Both the position numbers and the translations under genes were made by a program. Of a stretch of DNA of 64,000 nt, positions 1-9,886 are shown piece after piece. Origin of the DNA: Gammaproteobacteria bacterium (GTDB lineage: Bacteria > Pseudomonadota > Gammaproteobacteria > SZUA-229); contig JAGXGK010000017.1 of assembly GCA_024636785.1 (NCBI GenBank), positions 42,284 through 106,283 on the forward strand, read 5' to 3'. Position 1 is the stretch's first letter. Every line of letters begins with the position of its first letter. The notes beneath the pieces were generated by a model. That model saw only the letters and a program-made list of their open reading frames with translations, had not been told where the DNA came from and ran no database searches.

Positions 1-1185
1 CTCAAAGGTGCGGAAATAACCGGCGATATTGGGTCGGCCAAACTCGTTATTAAACGCCGCCGAACCAATCGGGCCTTCCAGCATGATATCCAGCGCCGAA
101 ACGATACGATTGGGTTTGCCGTTATCGGCTTCCCAGGACTGGGCAAAGCCCGGAATTTTCAGATTCGACACCGAAAAACCGCTCAGGCCGACTTTGGGTT
201 TGGAACCGCGGCCGGTCGCACCCTCGTCGCGAATCTCCCCGCCCGCGCCAGTGGCCGCACCGGGGAACGGCGAAATCGCGGTGGGATGGTTATGGGTTTC
301 CACTTTCATCAAAATGGCGATGTGTTCTTTTGTATAACCGTACTGCTTGCTTTCGACATCGACCATAAAACGCGGCGCAGTGTGCGAGGCCATCACCGCC
401 GAGTTGTCGTGATAGGCACTGAGCACACCCTGAGGGTGCAGTTCGTAGGTGTTGCGAATCATGCTGAACAGCGACCGATCGCGGGTCTCGCCGTCGATGA
501 CCCAGTCGGCGTTAAAAATCTTGTGGCGACAATGCTCCGAGTTGGCCTGGGCGAACATCATCAGCTCGGCATCGACCGGATTGCGCTTGATTGAGGTATA
601 AAAATCGACCAGATAATCGATTTCATCATCCGACAGCGCCAGCCCCAGCTCGGTATTGGCGCTACGCAGCGCCTCGATGCCGCCACCGAGAATATCGACA
701 CTGCTGCCCGGCAGCGGCGACATATGCGTGAACAAAGCCTCGGCTTCGTCGTAATCGTGCAGCACCGATTCAGTCATCCGGTCATGCAGGCAGTTATCAA
801 TCGCGGCTCTGTCGGCCTCTGACAGCGTATAACCGGCATCACAGGCCAGCACATAGGAGATGCCGCGTTCCAGCCGCAAGATCTTGTTTAGATTACAGTT
901 ATGGGCAATATCGGTAGCTTTCGACGACCACGGCGAAATCGTGCCTGCACGCGGCGTCACCAGAAACAGAGTGCCCTCGCACTCAACATCCTTGATGCTG
1001 GGACCATATTGCAGCAGCTTCGCCAGAATGGAACTTTCATCCTCATTCAGCGTCTCAGAAACATCGGCAAAATGCACATAGTGCGAAGCAAGCCCGGAAA
1101 CCGCCGGAACCTGAGCTTTTAGCTCATCCAGAAGTTTATTTAGACGGAAATCGGAAAGTGCGGGTGACCCTTGAAAATGCAGCAT
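1..1185 (-). CDS. purL: Phosphoribosylformylglycinamidine synthase, N-terminal part (window-truncated)
   Basis: Minus-strand translation begins [19 protein letters not shown], typical of the large single-chain PurL N-terminus. ATG at 1183-1185; the ORF runs off the window edge. Confidence 0.88.
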   Translation of the reverse strand, partial: MLHFQGSPALSDFRLNKLLDELKAQVPAVSGLASHYVHFADVSETLNEDESSILAKLLQYGPSIKDVECEGTLFLVTPRAGTISPWSSKATDIAHNCNLNKILRLERGISYVLACDAGYTLSEADRAAIDNCLHDRMTESVLHDYDEAEALFTHMSPLPGSSVDILGGGIEALRSANTELGLALSDDEIDYLVDFYTSIKRNPVDAELMMFAQANSEHCRHKIFNADWVIDGETRDRSLFSMIRNTYELHPQGVLSAYHDNSAVMASHTAPRFMVDVESKQYGYTKEHIAILMKVETHNHPTAISPFPGAATGAGGEIRDEGATGRGSKPKVGLSGFSVSNLKIPGFAQSWEADNGKPNRIVSALDIMLEGPIGSAAFNNEFGRPNIAGYFRTFE

Positions 1186-1355
1186 GATGCCTTTATATAA
1201 GTAAGTGTAAGCAAAGACGGAATGATAAAGCAAAGCAGCGTTAGATTAAACTATAAACAGTGATATCGAACGTGCAGCTGATTCATTCAAGGCGTATAAT
1301 CGCGCCAGAGCCTTGACCAGCTCTATTAAAGAACGACAGTTCAGGTACAGAACAC

Positions 1356-1717
1356 GGGGGCGACATGGCTTCGACGTGGGTAGCAAAACCTGAGGTGCAT
1401 GCAGAGGTGTGAATTTCCTCTTAAATCCAGTCACAAAAAATATAGTTGCCAACGACGACAACTACGCTTTAGCAGCTTAAACTCCTGCGTAAAGCCCTCG
1501 GCCTGATGTGTGCTTATACGCTCAGATAACCGGGGTCGACTCATATAAGATCGCGATGAAGCATTTCCGGTGTGGATTCGTTAAAACCTATCCGGAATCG
1601 CCATCAGTCTTCCCCGCCCGTTGGGTAGCTGCTGGCTAAACTAAAGAACGGGATAAGCATGTAGAGCCGATGGCGGAGTGCTTGCGGACGCGGGTTCGAT
1701 CCCCGCCGCCTCCACCA
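1356..1717 (+). ncRNA. ssrA: tmRNA (transfer-messenger RNA)
   Basis: 5' GGGGGCG pairs with 3' CGCCUCC-ACCA, including a G3-U wobble. The tRNA-like 3' end is GGACGCGGGTTCGATCCCCGCC...CCACCA. Internal tag ORF GCC AAC GAC GAC AAC TAC GCT TTA GCA GCT TAA = ANDDNYALAA at 1448-1480. Confidence 0.93.
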
Positions 1718-1787
1718 AATAACGAAGGGTTGCCGAAAGGTAGCCCTTTTTTATTTGTGATTGTGCAAGGGTGATGGTATCTACCAG

Positions 1788-3056
1788 CTATTTAATATTG
1801 AAATCCTTATGTAATTTACTCCAATGTTCAATAAGTTTTTTCTGGTGCTCCTGATTTATTGGCAGGTTTTTTAGAGCTGCAGGCCAAAGGCTTCTTGCTT
1901 TGTCCATTGCATCATCAAGATGAGGCTTTAATGCACGCCACGGCATGTCAGATTTTTTTGCCCAGTATTCAAAGTTGGCGTATGACGCTTCATACCATGC
2001 ATGAGTGCGTCCGAGATTCAGCGCATAATTTTGTTCGCCGTCGATATAAACGCTCGTTGTTACTATATCGTATGCCGGAGATAGTCTTGGCGTAATCTGA
2101 TCAGGATAAATCAGACTCCAGTTCTTTAAATGTGCATCACCATTCGCCAGAAGAATATTGGCAAGAAGACGTCGTGCGAATTGCTGAGCGTCCATAAGAC
2201 CATCGCCAGAATATTGATAGAGTATTCTGGCAATCTGCTCGTAGCTGGCAGAGTTATATTTATCATGTGGGTATTTCACTAGAACCTGCGCAAAGTCTTC
2301 CATGTGTATTCGTTGATCTTCTGCCCGATCAAATCTTTTGATGGCAAATGCCAACTTCTCATCAGGAAGATTAATTTGTGGCAGGTTGTCCAGCTTCTCC
2401 AGCTCCACCAGCTTAATTTCAGGTATCTCGACTCCGATCAATGAAGCGAGCATCATGGCAGTATATTCGTTTACGGGTACATCTTTATGTTTTGTAGAGG
2501 GTGTTTTGATAATCCAGTCACCGAGCTCATCACCTTTGGATAAATTGTAACGACCCTCTTTTTCCTTCATGGAAAACTTCATCTGCACGCCGGCCAAAGA
2601 AAATTTATTCTCCTGAGCAACTTTATCGAACTTGACCGCTTTGGCTTTTCCATGGGTTGAAAGAATACTGTCGGGCACATCCTCCGGCTCCATGGCCTCA
2701 GCGATCAACGCTCCAGGTAAATCTTGCCCAAGATAGGACAGAATATGAAATTCGCTATCGACATGGACTTTAAGACCCTGCGCAATTAATTCCCTGAGAG
2801 AACCCTCCGGCAATAGATTGGATAACGAGGGATGCAGCCGCTGGTTCCTGACCCAAGGTGCTGCCATCAGCTTATCTGCTCGTGGAAAGCGGGGATGAGT
2901 GGTCAAACTGAATGTTGGGCGAGCGGCATCTTTCCTGTAATCGTCCGCAAAACTCAATACATTCCGCCCACTGTGAAATCCTGCCAGATAACCCACCAGG
3001 TACCCGTGCAATGTCAGCCTAAGAACATTGATTTCATCTTCTCGGCCGACTGTCAT
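1788..3056 (-). CDS. hipA: HipA-family Ser/Thr kinase toxin
   Basis: 422 aa with HipA motifs SLAGVQMKFS and NGDAHLKNWS. Overlaps hipB by 4 nt. Confidence 0.85.
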   Translation of the reverse strand: MTVGREDEINVLRLTLHGYLVGYLAGFHSGRNVLSFADDYRKDAARPTFSLTTHPRFPRADKLMAAPWVRNQRLHPSLSNLLPEGSLRELIAQGLKVHVDSEFHILSYLGQDLPGALIAEAMEPEDVPDSILSTHGKAKAVKFDKVAQENKFSLAGVQMKFSMKEKEGRYNLSKGDELGDWIIKTPSTKHKDVPVNEYTAMMLASLIGVEIPEIKLVELEKLDNLPQINLPDEKLAFAIKRFDRAEDQRIHMEDFAQVLVKYPHDKYNSASYEQIARILYQYSGDGLMDAQQFARRLLANILLANGDAHLKNWSLIYPDQITPRLSPAYDIVTTSVYIDGEQNYALNLGRTHAWYEASYANFEYWAKKSDMPWRALKPHLDDAMDKARSLWPAALKNLPINQEHQKKLIEHWSKLHKDFNIK

Positions 3057-3379
3057 AGCTCATCCCCAAGTAGACCTTGCCACGGGTCATCCGATAAAGC
3101 TTTAGTATCTTTGACCTCCCCTGCCGATTTGGTAGCTCGTGCTGAAGGCTCCTCGTTTTCAAGAACTGCCAGAACTGCACTCAGTTTTTCTTTAGGAATG
3201 AGCATGATTTCACTATTGAGGCCCTTTGCAATCAGTTCCACGGTATCCAGCCTGGGATTCCCCTTCGCCTCCAGCCTTTGATATTGTTGTCTCGAAACAC
3301 CGACACGCAGGCGCATATCACTTTGCTTAAGCCCGAGCACTAGACGCCGTTTTTTGATCTGTTGAAGTAAAGAAGTCAT
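3053..3379 (-). CDS. hipB: HipB-like XRE-family HTH antitoxin
   Basis: 108 aa; HTH region LGLKQSDMRLRVGVSRQQYQRLE. ATGA overlap with hipA. Confidence 0.8.
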   Translation of the reverse strand: MTSLLQQIKKRRLVLGLKQSDMRLRVGVSRQQYQRLEAKGNPRLDTVELIAKGLNSEIMLIPKEKLSAVLAVLENEEPSARATKSAGEVKDTKALSDDPWQGLLGDEL

Positions 3380-3390
3380 AATGTCATCAT

Positions 3391-3458
3391 ATATGTTGCT
3401 TATTTCTGGATAGCAACATATTAGCTTCTTATTTCACCAATAGCAACATATCTATTGC
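3391..3458. promoter_or_regulatory. Putative HipB operator palindromes (ATATGTTGC-N13-GCAACATAT and AGCAACATATCTATTGCT)
   Basis: Perfect 9-bp inverted repeat 3391-3399 / 3413-3421 immediately upstream of hipB, with a second TTGCT/AGCAA palindrome at 3441-3458. Confidence 0.5.
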
Positions 3459-3838
3459 TTTTAAAAAGTAACTGAGTTGGCACAGAGAAAGCAATAAATG
3501 CGTTGCCTAACCGGCTATTCCGGCCACTAGCCTCTCAATACAATAGATAACGAAGTACAGAAACTGGTATCTGACTTAGCCGGTTTCGCCACCAAATAAT
3601 TATTCACCCTTATAATTATGTTAGATAGTGGCGGGGGTAAGAAATTATGAGCATTATTATCATAATGTGGTAGATGCATCTGCTATGTATGACAACGCAG
3701 GTAATGAGCCAATGTTTATTAATTAGAGAGAAGAACTACGAATCAGAACAAAAGAATTTACAAAAGACCCTGATTTGTCAGGGTTCTAGATGTCTAGAAC
3801 ATAAGCATCCCAATTAACCATTTCGATTAAAATACCCC

Positions 3839-5122
3839 ATGAACCAGAAACGCCACACCTCCCCTGCACGTCGCCGCGATTACCATAAATCGCGTTCATC
3901 CACTGCACCCTCTCTGCCGAAAGTCGATTTCGACGGGGCGCGGCTTTTTTTGCAGGCGGGGCGTGAAAAATCGCTGCTGCGGCGTCATCCGTGGGTGTTT
4001 TCGGGGGCGGTAGAGCGGCTGGAAGGTGAGGCTGTTAGTGGCGACACGGTTCAGGTCTGCGATGCGCAGGGTGGTTTTCTGGCCTGGGCGGCTTTCAATT
4101 CGCAGTCGCAAATTATCACGCGGGTGTGGTCGTGGCAGGCTCTGGATAAAATTGATGCGGATTTTTTCCGGCGCAAAATTGCCACTGCTATCGCCGCGCG
4201 CAAAGCGCTCAAGCTGGATCTGCACAGCAACGGTATGCGGCTGATTCATGGCGAGTCGGATGCCCTGCCCGGCCTGATCGTCGACCAGTATGCGGATGTG
4301 CTGGTGCTGCAACTGGGCAGTGCCGGTGCGGAGCGCTGGCGCGACACTATCGCGGATGTGTTGCAGGAATTATGTCAGCCGGTGTGCATTTATGAGCGTT
4401 CGGATTCTGACGGGCGCGAGCTGGAAGGTTTGCCACGGCGCAATGAAGTCCTGCGCGGGCAATTGCCCGAAACACTGAGCATCACCGAAAACGGTATTCG
4501 CATTGCGGTGGATGTGGCCGCAGGCCAGAAGACCGGCTTTTATCTCGACCAGCGTGATAACCGTGCGCTGGTCGGCGAGCTGGCCGAGGGGCGCGAGGTG
4601 CTCAACTGTTTCTGTTATACCGGCGGCTTCTCGCTGTATGCGCTGCGCGGCGGCGCGCAATCGGTGCTGTCGATTGATTCTTCGGCTGAAGCGCTGCAAC
4701 TGGCGCAGCGCAATGTCGAGCTGAATGGGTTCGATGCCGGCCGTGCCGATTGGCAGGACAAGGATGTCTTCGAAGCGCTACGCAAACTGCGCGATCAGAA
4801 TCGCAAGTTCGACCTCATTGTGCTCGACCCGCCCAAATTTGCACCCACCGCCGCCTTCGCTGAAAAAGCCGCGCGCGCTTACAAGGACATCAACCTGCTC
4901 GGTTTCAAGCTGCTGCGACCGGGCGGAATTCTGGCCACCTTCTCCTGCTCCGGCGGCATCAGCGACGATCTATTTCAGAAAATCATTGCCGGAGCGGCGT
5001 TAGATGCGGGCATTGATGCGCAAATTGTACATAAACTGTACGCGACGGCAGATCACCCGGTACTACTGAGCTTCCCGGAAGGCGCTTATTTGAAAGGACT
5101 GGTGTTACGGGTGGCGGGTTAA
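3839..5122 (+). CDS. rlmI: 23S rRNA m5C1962 methyltransferase RlmI
   Basis: Conserved REKSLLRRHPWVFSGAV start region, PUA-like N domain, SAM-methyltransferase core. The first ~30 aa are probably an over-extension; TTG near 3947 is a possible alternative start. Confidence 0.8.
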   Translation: MNQKRHTSPARRRDYHKSRSSTAPSLPKVDFDGARLFLQAGREKSLLRRHPWVFSGAVERLEGEAVSGDTVQVCDAQGGFLAWAAFNSQSQIITRVWSWQALDKIDADFFRRKIATAIAARKALKLDLHSNGMRLIHGESDALPGLIVDQYADVLVLQLGSAGAERWRDTIADVLQELCQPVCIYERSDSDGRELEGLPRRNEVLRGQLPETLSITENGIRIAVDVAAGQKTGFYLDQRDNRALVGELAEGREVLNCFCYTGGFSLYALRGGAQSVLSIDSSAEALQLAQRNVELNGFDAGRADWQDKDVFEALRKLRDQNRKFDLIVLDPPKFAPTAAFAEKAARAYKDINLLGFKLLRPGGILATFSCSGGISDDLFQKIIAGAALDAGIDAQIVHKLYATADHPVLLSFPEGAYLKGLVLRVAG

Positions 5123-5242
5123 AAAACCTGGGGAGGCTCAGTTCAATGGCATCAACCTGAAGCCATCTTCCTGACGCAAAAGCCGGATAGCTTCTATTTG
5201 TGAGCATAATAGAAAATTTTATTTTTAACGGGGGTTTTGTTA

Positions 5243-5872
5243 ATGAACCGTAAACCACGACCGCTGATAAAAACCGGCTGCGCAAACGACTGCCTGGGTG
5301 AGTGGCGGCAGCAGTTGTTGAGCCGCCGCCGCTTTTTGTTGCTCGCAGCCGGTGGTAGCCTGGCGACGCTATTGCCATTATCGTCATCGGCTTCCGTTAA
5401 CCAAGCCGACAGCGACAAAGCGTCTGCAAGTAAGCAGGAAACCGATCCCTGGCCTGTCATCGATGCAGTGCAGCAGCATCTTTTTCCGAGTGAAGTGCAG
5501 GCGCCGGGAGCACATGAAATCAATGCACTGGGTTATCTGAAATTTGTTGTCAGTGATAACACGCTCGATAGTGAGAGCCGTGAATTTATCACCCGCGGTG
5601 CAGCATGGTTGCAGGATATGTCAATGCAGATGTTTAACAGATCATTTGTCAAACTCGATGAGACGGAATCGGAGAAGGTATTACGCCGTATCGCCACCAG
5701 CAACGCGGGTGAGAACTGGTTGGCGACTCTGCTGTTATATATCGTCGAGGCACTGCTCACTGATCCGGTATATGGCGGTAATATCGATGAAGCCGGCTGG
5801 CGCTGGTTAGAGCATGTGCCGGGTTTTCCGCGGCCACCGCTGGATAAAACTTTTTTAAGGTTACTGAGATGA
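5243..5872 (+). CDS. GMC oxidoreductase small subunit (gluconate 2-dehydrogenase subunit 3 family) with Tat signal
   Basis: Twin-arginine motif SRRRFLLLAAGGSLA. ATGA overlap with the downstream flavoprotein gene. RBS GGGG 8 nt before ATG 5243. Confidence 0.6.
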   Translation: MNRKPRPLIKTGCANDCLGEWRQQLLSRRRFLLLAAGGSLATLLPLSSSASVNQADSDKASASKQETDPWPVIDAVQQHLFPSEVQAPGAHEINALGYLKFVVSDNTLDSESREFITRGAAWLQDMSMQMFNRSFVKLDETESEKVLRRIATSNAGENWLATLLLYIVEALLTDPVYGGNIDEAGWRWLEHVPGFPRPPLDKTFLRLLR

Positions 5873-7545
5873 AAGATTTTGATATTTGTATCATCGGTAG
5901 TGGCGCCGGCGGCGGGCCGGTAGCACTGACCCTGGCAGAAGCCGGTTTTTCAGTGGTGGTGCTGGAGAAAGGCCCGTGGTTTCGTGAGAACGATTTTTAT
6001 AAGGATGAACTGGCATGCTGCCGGCGCAGTGTGTACACGCCGAATCTGCGCAATGAACAGCATGTTATCGAAGAGCCGGATGAGGATGCTAGCAGCGGTT
6101 GGTCGGCAACACCAACTTCGGAATCGGGCTGGGATTTCTGGAACGGCAACTGTGTCGGCGGCTCCAGTAATTTCATGAGCGGTTTTTTTCACCGGCTGAA
6201 ACCGGTGGATTTTCATCAGCTCTCAGAGTTCGGCGCTATTGCCGGTGCCAACCGTGCCGACTGGCCGATCAGTTACGAGGATCTGGCGCCGTATTATGAC
6301 AAGGTCGAGCGCATCGTCGGTGTCTCCGGCAAGTTTGAGCCGCACAAGAATATCGAACCACGCGAAGCGGATTTTCCTTATCCGCCAACTATCGAACATG
6401 GGGTCTCAGGCTGGATCGACAAGGCCTGCGATGAACTCGGTTACCATAGCCTGCGGGTACCACGCGCCATCCTGTCTCAGCCACATGGGGAGCGGCGCGG
6501 CTGCGAGTATTCCGGTTATTGCGGCAGTTATGGCTGTTCATCGGGTGCCAAGGGCAGCTCGCGGGCGGCACTGCTCGACCGTGCAGTAGCCAGCGGTAAT
6601 TGTGAGATCCGTCCGCACAGCAAGGTCACACGCCTGCTCAATGATGCCAAAGGTAAAATCAGCCGGGTCGAGTATTACAATGCACAGGATGAGCTGAAGA
6701 CGCTGGATGCCCGCGTTTACGTTGTCGCCTGTCAGGCCATTGAGACCTCGCGCCTGTTACTGTCTTCAACCGGCCCTGCATTTCCGCAGGGGCTGGCAAA
6801 CAACCACGGCCAGGTAGGTAAAAACCTGCTGTTCTCGGCGGGAGGTTCCGGTAGCGGCGACTTTGACTACAAGGGGTTTGACCCGGAAAAACTGGCGCAG
6901 CTGAAACAGCTCGGGCCTTTCGTCAATCGTGCGCTGGATGACTGGTACACCATCGATGATCTCGAAGCCGGTACTGGCCACGTTAAAGGCGGCATCGTCG
7001 AGTTTCTCTTTTCCCATCCCAACCCGACCGGTAAAGCCAATAGACTAAAATGGGATGGTGATCAGCTGCTCTGGGGGAAACCCCTGAAACGCAAACTGGA
7101 AAGCTGGTTTACCACCGACCGTACGCTACGTTTCGAAGTCTTTAACGGCTGGCTGCCAACCGATAACTGTTTCGTGTCGCTGGATAACAGTATCAGCGAC
7201 CGCTGGCAGACGCCGGTGGCGAAAGTGCGCATCGGTTACCATGAACATGATCTGAAAATCGGCCGTTATCTGGCTGATAAAGCCGAGCAGGTATTAAAGC
7301 AGATGGGGGCGAAACGCATCAGCTCCAGTGTCAGCGGTTCTCCGCCCGCTAACCTGGTGGCCGGTGGCTGCCGTTTCGGTAACGACCCGAAAAGCTCTGT
7401 ACTGGACGTCGACTGCCGGGCGCATGAGGTGGAGAATCTGTTTATTACCGATGGTAGTTTCATGCCCACCGGGGGCAGCGTGCCTTATACCTGGACTATC
7501 TATGCCAATGCCTTTCGTGTCGCCGAACGCATCAAAACTTTCTAG
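5869..7545 (+). CDS. GMC-family FAD-dependent oxidoreductase (large subunit)
   Basis: N-terminal GxGxxG motif ICIIGSGAGGG. 558 aa; C-terminal GMC signature region. Confidence 0.85.
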   Translation: MKDFDICIIGSGAGGGPVALTLAEAGFSVVVLEKGPWFRENDFYKDELACCRRSVYTPNLRNEQHVIEEPDEDASSGWSATPTSESGWDFWNGNCVGGSSNFMSGFFHRLKPVDFHQLSEFGAIAGANRADWPISYEDLAPYYDKVERIVGVSGKFEPHKNIEPREADFPYPPTIEHGVSGWIDKACDELGYHSLRVPRAILSQPHGERRGCEYSGYCGSYGCSSGAKGSSRAALLDRAVASGNCEIRPHSKVTRLLNDAKGKISRVEYYNAQDELKTLDARVYVVACQAIETSRLLLSSTGPAFPQGLANNHGQVGKNLLFSAGGSGSGDFDYKGFDPEKLAQLKQLGPFVNRALDDWYTIDDLEAGTGHVKGGIVEFLFSHPNPTGKANRLKWDGDQLLWGKPLKRKLESWFTTDRTLRFEVFNGWLPTDNCFVSLDNSISDRWQTPVAKVRIGYHEHDLKIGRYLADKAEQVLKQMGAKRISSSVSGSPPANLVAGGCRFGNDPKSSVLDVDCRAHEVENLFITDGSFMPTGGSVPYTWTIYANAFRVAERIKTF

Positions 7546-7873
7546 GAGACTGTCGGGTTTAGGGGGATTGAAGCGAGGGATTCACATTGCCCGTAGCCGT
7601 TTATTGCCAATACCGGCTACGGTGCCGTGCGCGATGACACGTACGCGTTTTGTTTGTATCGCTATGATGTAAATGATTTGTGGGAGAATTCAGATTCCGG
7701 GTACACCACTGCTGCTGATGAATTTGTCGATCCCATTGATAAATGGTTCGCGCTAAATCATGCCTGAACAACAGTTTGAGTTGATTTTGTGGCTCGATAA
7801 TCACAGCGGGGTCTGTGCGAATTTTTAGCTCTTACAAAAACCCACGATTAAAACAGATTTGAATATATGCTTG

Positions 7874-7887
7874 ACCATATATATGGT
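7874..7887. promoter_or_regulatory. Perfect 14-bp palindrome ACCATATATATGGT, candidate ArsR operator
   Basis: Located 20 bp upstream of the arsR ATG (7907) inside an AT-rich promoter region. Confidence 0.5.
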
Positions 7888-7906
7888 TGAGCGTATATTC
7901 CCCGCC

Positions 7907-8260
7907 ATGACTATTTCAACTGATACTGTTTTTACCGCTCTGACCCATCCACTCCGGCTGCGTACACTTTTGCTGCTCCAGCAGGAAGGTGAGCTGTGTG
8001 TGTGTGAGCTGATCCATGCTCTCGGAGTGTCGCAACCGATGATTTCCCGCCATCTGGCGCAGTTGCGTCAGGGCGGGCTGGTTGATGACCGGCGTCAGGG
8101 TCAGTGGATTTATTACCGGCTGCACGACGCCCTGCCCGACTGGGTACAGCAGGTGCTGAGCGCTACGGCTGAGGGCGTGGACGGCGAGTCGCCTTTTGCA
8201 GAGGATCGCGCCGCACTGGCTTCGATGCCTGACCGTCCGGGTGTTGCCTGCTGCGCCTGA
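7907..8260 (+). CDS. arsR: ArsR/SmtB-family metalloregulator
   Basis: ELCVCEL metal-binding motif plus HTH LGVSQPMISRHLAQL. ATGs at 7859 and 7883 are alternative starts. Confidence 0.85.
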   Translation: MTISTDTVFTALTHPLRLRTLLLLQQEGELCVCELIHALGVSQPMISRHLAQLRQGGLVDDRRQGQWIYYRLHDALPDWVQQVLSATAEGVDGESPFAEDRAALASMPDRPGVACCA

Positions 8261-8304
8261 TATCGTCCTGTTCCGAACACATACATTAAGATGAGGAGTT
8301 TTCA

Positions 8305-8729
8305 ATGAATATTCTGTTTCTCTCACCGGTAATTCCTGCCGTTCACAGATAGCCGAAGGCTGGGCCAAATATTATGGCGGCACCGCTTTTGAAATTCAGT
8401 CTGCGGGCATCGAGGCGCACGGTAAAAACCCGCGCGCCATTGCGGTGATGCAGGAAGCGGGCGTGGATATTTCCAATCAGGAATCGACCAAAGTCACCGA
8501 TGAGATGCTGGCACAGACTGATCTGGTCGTGACCGTATGCGGCCATGCTGATGAGCATTGTCCGATACTGCCACCCGATACGGCAAAAGAGCACTGGCCA
8601 CTGGAAGATCCGGCCAAAGCGACCGGGTCCGAAGAGGAAATCATGGTTCAATTTCGCGCCACGCGTGATGACGTCAAAGCCCGCGTACAGGAACTGCTGC
8701 AACGGTTACGCAACACTGAGAGCGCTTAA
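8305..8729 (+). pseudogene. arsC: Arsenate reductase (LMW-PTP / thioredoxin-coupled type) with a 1-nt frameshift at codon 7
   Basis: RBS GAGGAG then ATG. MNILFL then frame break. The +1 frame gives GNSCRSQIAEGWAKYYGG...VTVCGHADEHCP. Observed CTCTCACCGGT where CTCTGCACCGGT is expected, which deletes the catalytic Cys codon. Confidence 0.8.
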
Positions 8730-8731
8730 TC

Positions 8732-9865
8732 ATGTCGGCGCAATGCGAAACCACAGCTAAAAAAGCCGCTGGCGCTGAAATGGGATTTTTCGAGCGCTAC
8801 CTGACGGTCTGGGTATTTCTCTGCATAGTCGTCGGCATCGCGCTGGGACATTTTTTTAATGCTGCCTTTCAGGCCATCGGCGCACTGGAAATCGCCCAGG
8901 TCAATCTGCCGGTGGCGGTGCTGGTGTGGCTGATGATTATCCCCATGCTGCTGAAAATCGACCTGCGTGCGCTCAAGGGTGTGACTCAGCACTGGCGCGG
9001 CGTTGGCGTCACCCTGTTCGTCAACTGGGCGGTCAAACCCTTTTCCATGGCGTTGCTGGCCTGGCTGTTTATCGGCTGGCTGTTCCGTGACTGGCTGCCC
9101 GCCGAACAGATCGATTCCTACATCGCCGGGCTGATCATTCTCGCTGCCGCACCCTGCACCGCCATGGTGTTTGTCTGGAGCAACCTCTCCAAAGGCGAGC
9201 CGCATTTCACCCTCTCGCAGGTGGCGCTCAACGATGTGATCATGGTCTTCGCCTTCGCTCCCATCGTGGCTTTGCTGCTGGGGCTGTCCGCCATTACCGT
9301 GCCCTGGGATACGCTGCTGCTGTCGGTGCTGGTCTATATCGTGGTACCGCTGATCATTGCCAATCTGTGGCGTCACTGGCTGCTGCGCGGCGAGCACGGT
9401 TACCTGCGTTTGCAGCGCGTGCTCAATCGCATGCAACCACTGTCACTGCTGGCGCTGCTGGCCACACTGGTGCTGCTGTTCGGCTTTCAGGGCGAGCAGA
9501 TTATCCGGCAACCGCTGATCATCGCCCTGCTGGCGGTGCCGATTCTGATCCAGGTATTTTTCAATTCCGGACTGGCCTACCTGCTCAATCGCGCGGTGAA
9601 ATCGCCGCATTGCATCGCCGGGCCTTCGGCGCTGATCGGCGCCAGCAACTTCTTCGAGTTGGCAGTCGCCACCGCCATCGCCCTGTTCGGTTTCCAGTCG
9701 GGCGCGGCGCTGGCCACCGTGGTGGGTGTACTGATCGAGGTGCCGGTGATGCTGCTGGTCGTCAGATGGGTCAACCGCAGCGTCGGCTGGTACCAATCGA
9801 AGCCGGGCATCCCCAGCTATGAAGAGTGCTGCCCTGCAGATGTGCATCTGCATAGCGGCCATTAA
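8732..9865 (+). CDS. acr3: ACR3-family arsenite efflux transporter
   Basis: 377-aa multi-TM protein with FERYLTVWVFLCIVVG ACR3 signature. Confidence 0.9.
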   Translation: MSAQCETTAKKAAGAEMGFFERYLTVWVFLCIVVGIALGHFFNAAFQAIGALEIAQVNLPVAVLVWLMIIPMLLKIDLRALKGVTQHWRGVGVTLFVNWAVKPFSMALLAWLFIGWLFRDWLPAEQIDSYIAGLIILAAAPCTAMVFVWSNLSKGEPHFTLSQVALNDVIMVFAFAPIVALLLGLSAITVPWDTLLLSVLVYIVVPLIIANLWRHWLLRGEHGYLRLQRVLNRMQPLSLLALLATLVLLFGFQGEQIIRQPLIIALLAVPILIQVFFNSGLAYLLNRAVKSPHCIAGPSALIGASNFFELAVATAIALFGFQSGAALATVVGVLIEVPVMLLVVRWVNRSVGWYQSKPGIPSYEECCPADVHLHSGH

Positions 9866-9886
9866 ACCCAATGACTGGAGCTGATA

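Noticed and set aside
1290-1355. Promoter for ssrA (TATAAT at 1295-1300; TTGACC at 1313-1318)
   Set aside because: No -35/-10 pair with proper 16-18 bp spacing relative to the mature 5' end could be fixed. tmRNA is processed from a precursor, so the transcription start site cannot be inferred.
3839-3946. 30-aa N-terminal extension of RlmI (MNQKRHTSPARRRDYHKSRSS...)
   Set aside because: Homologues start near REKSLLRRHPW. The extension is probably an upstream in-frame ATG rather than a real domain. It is kept only as an alternative start.
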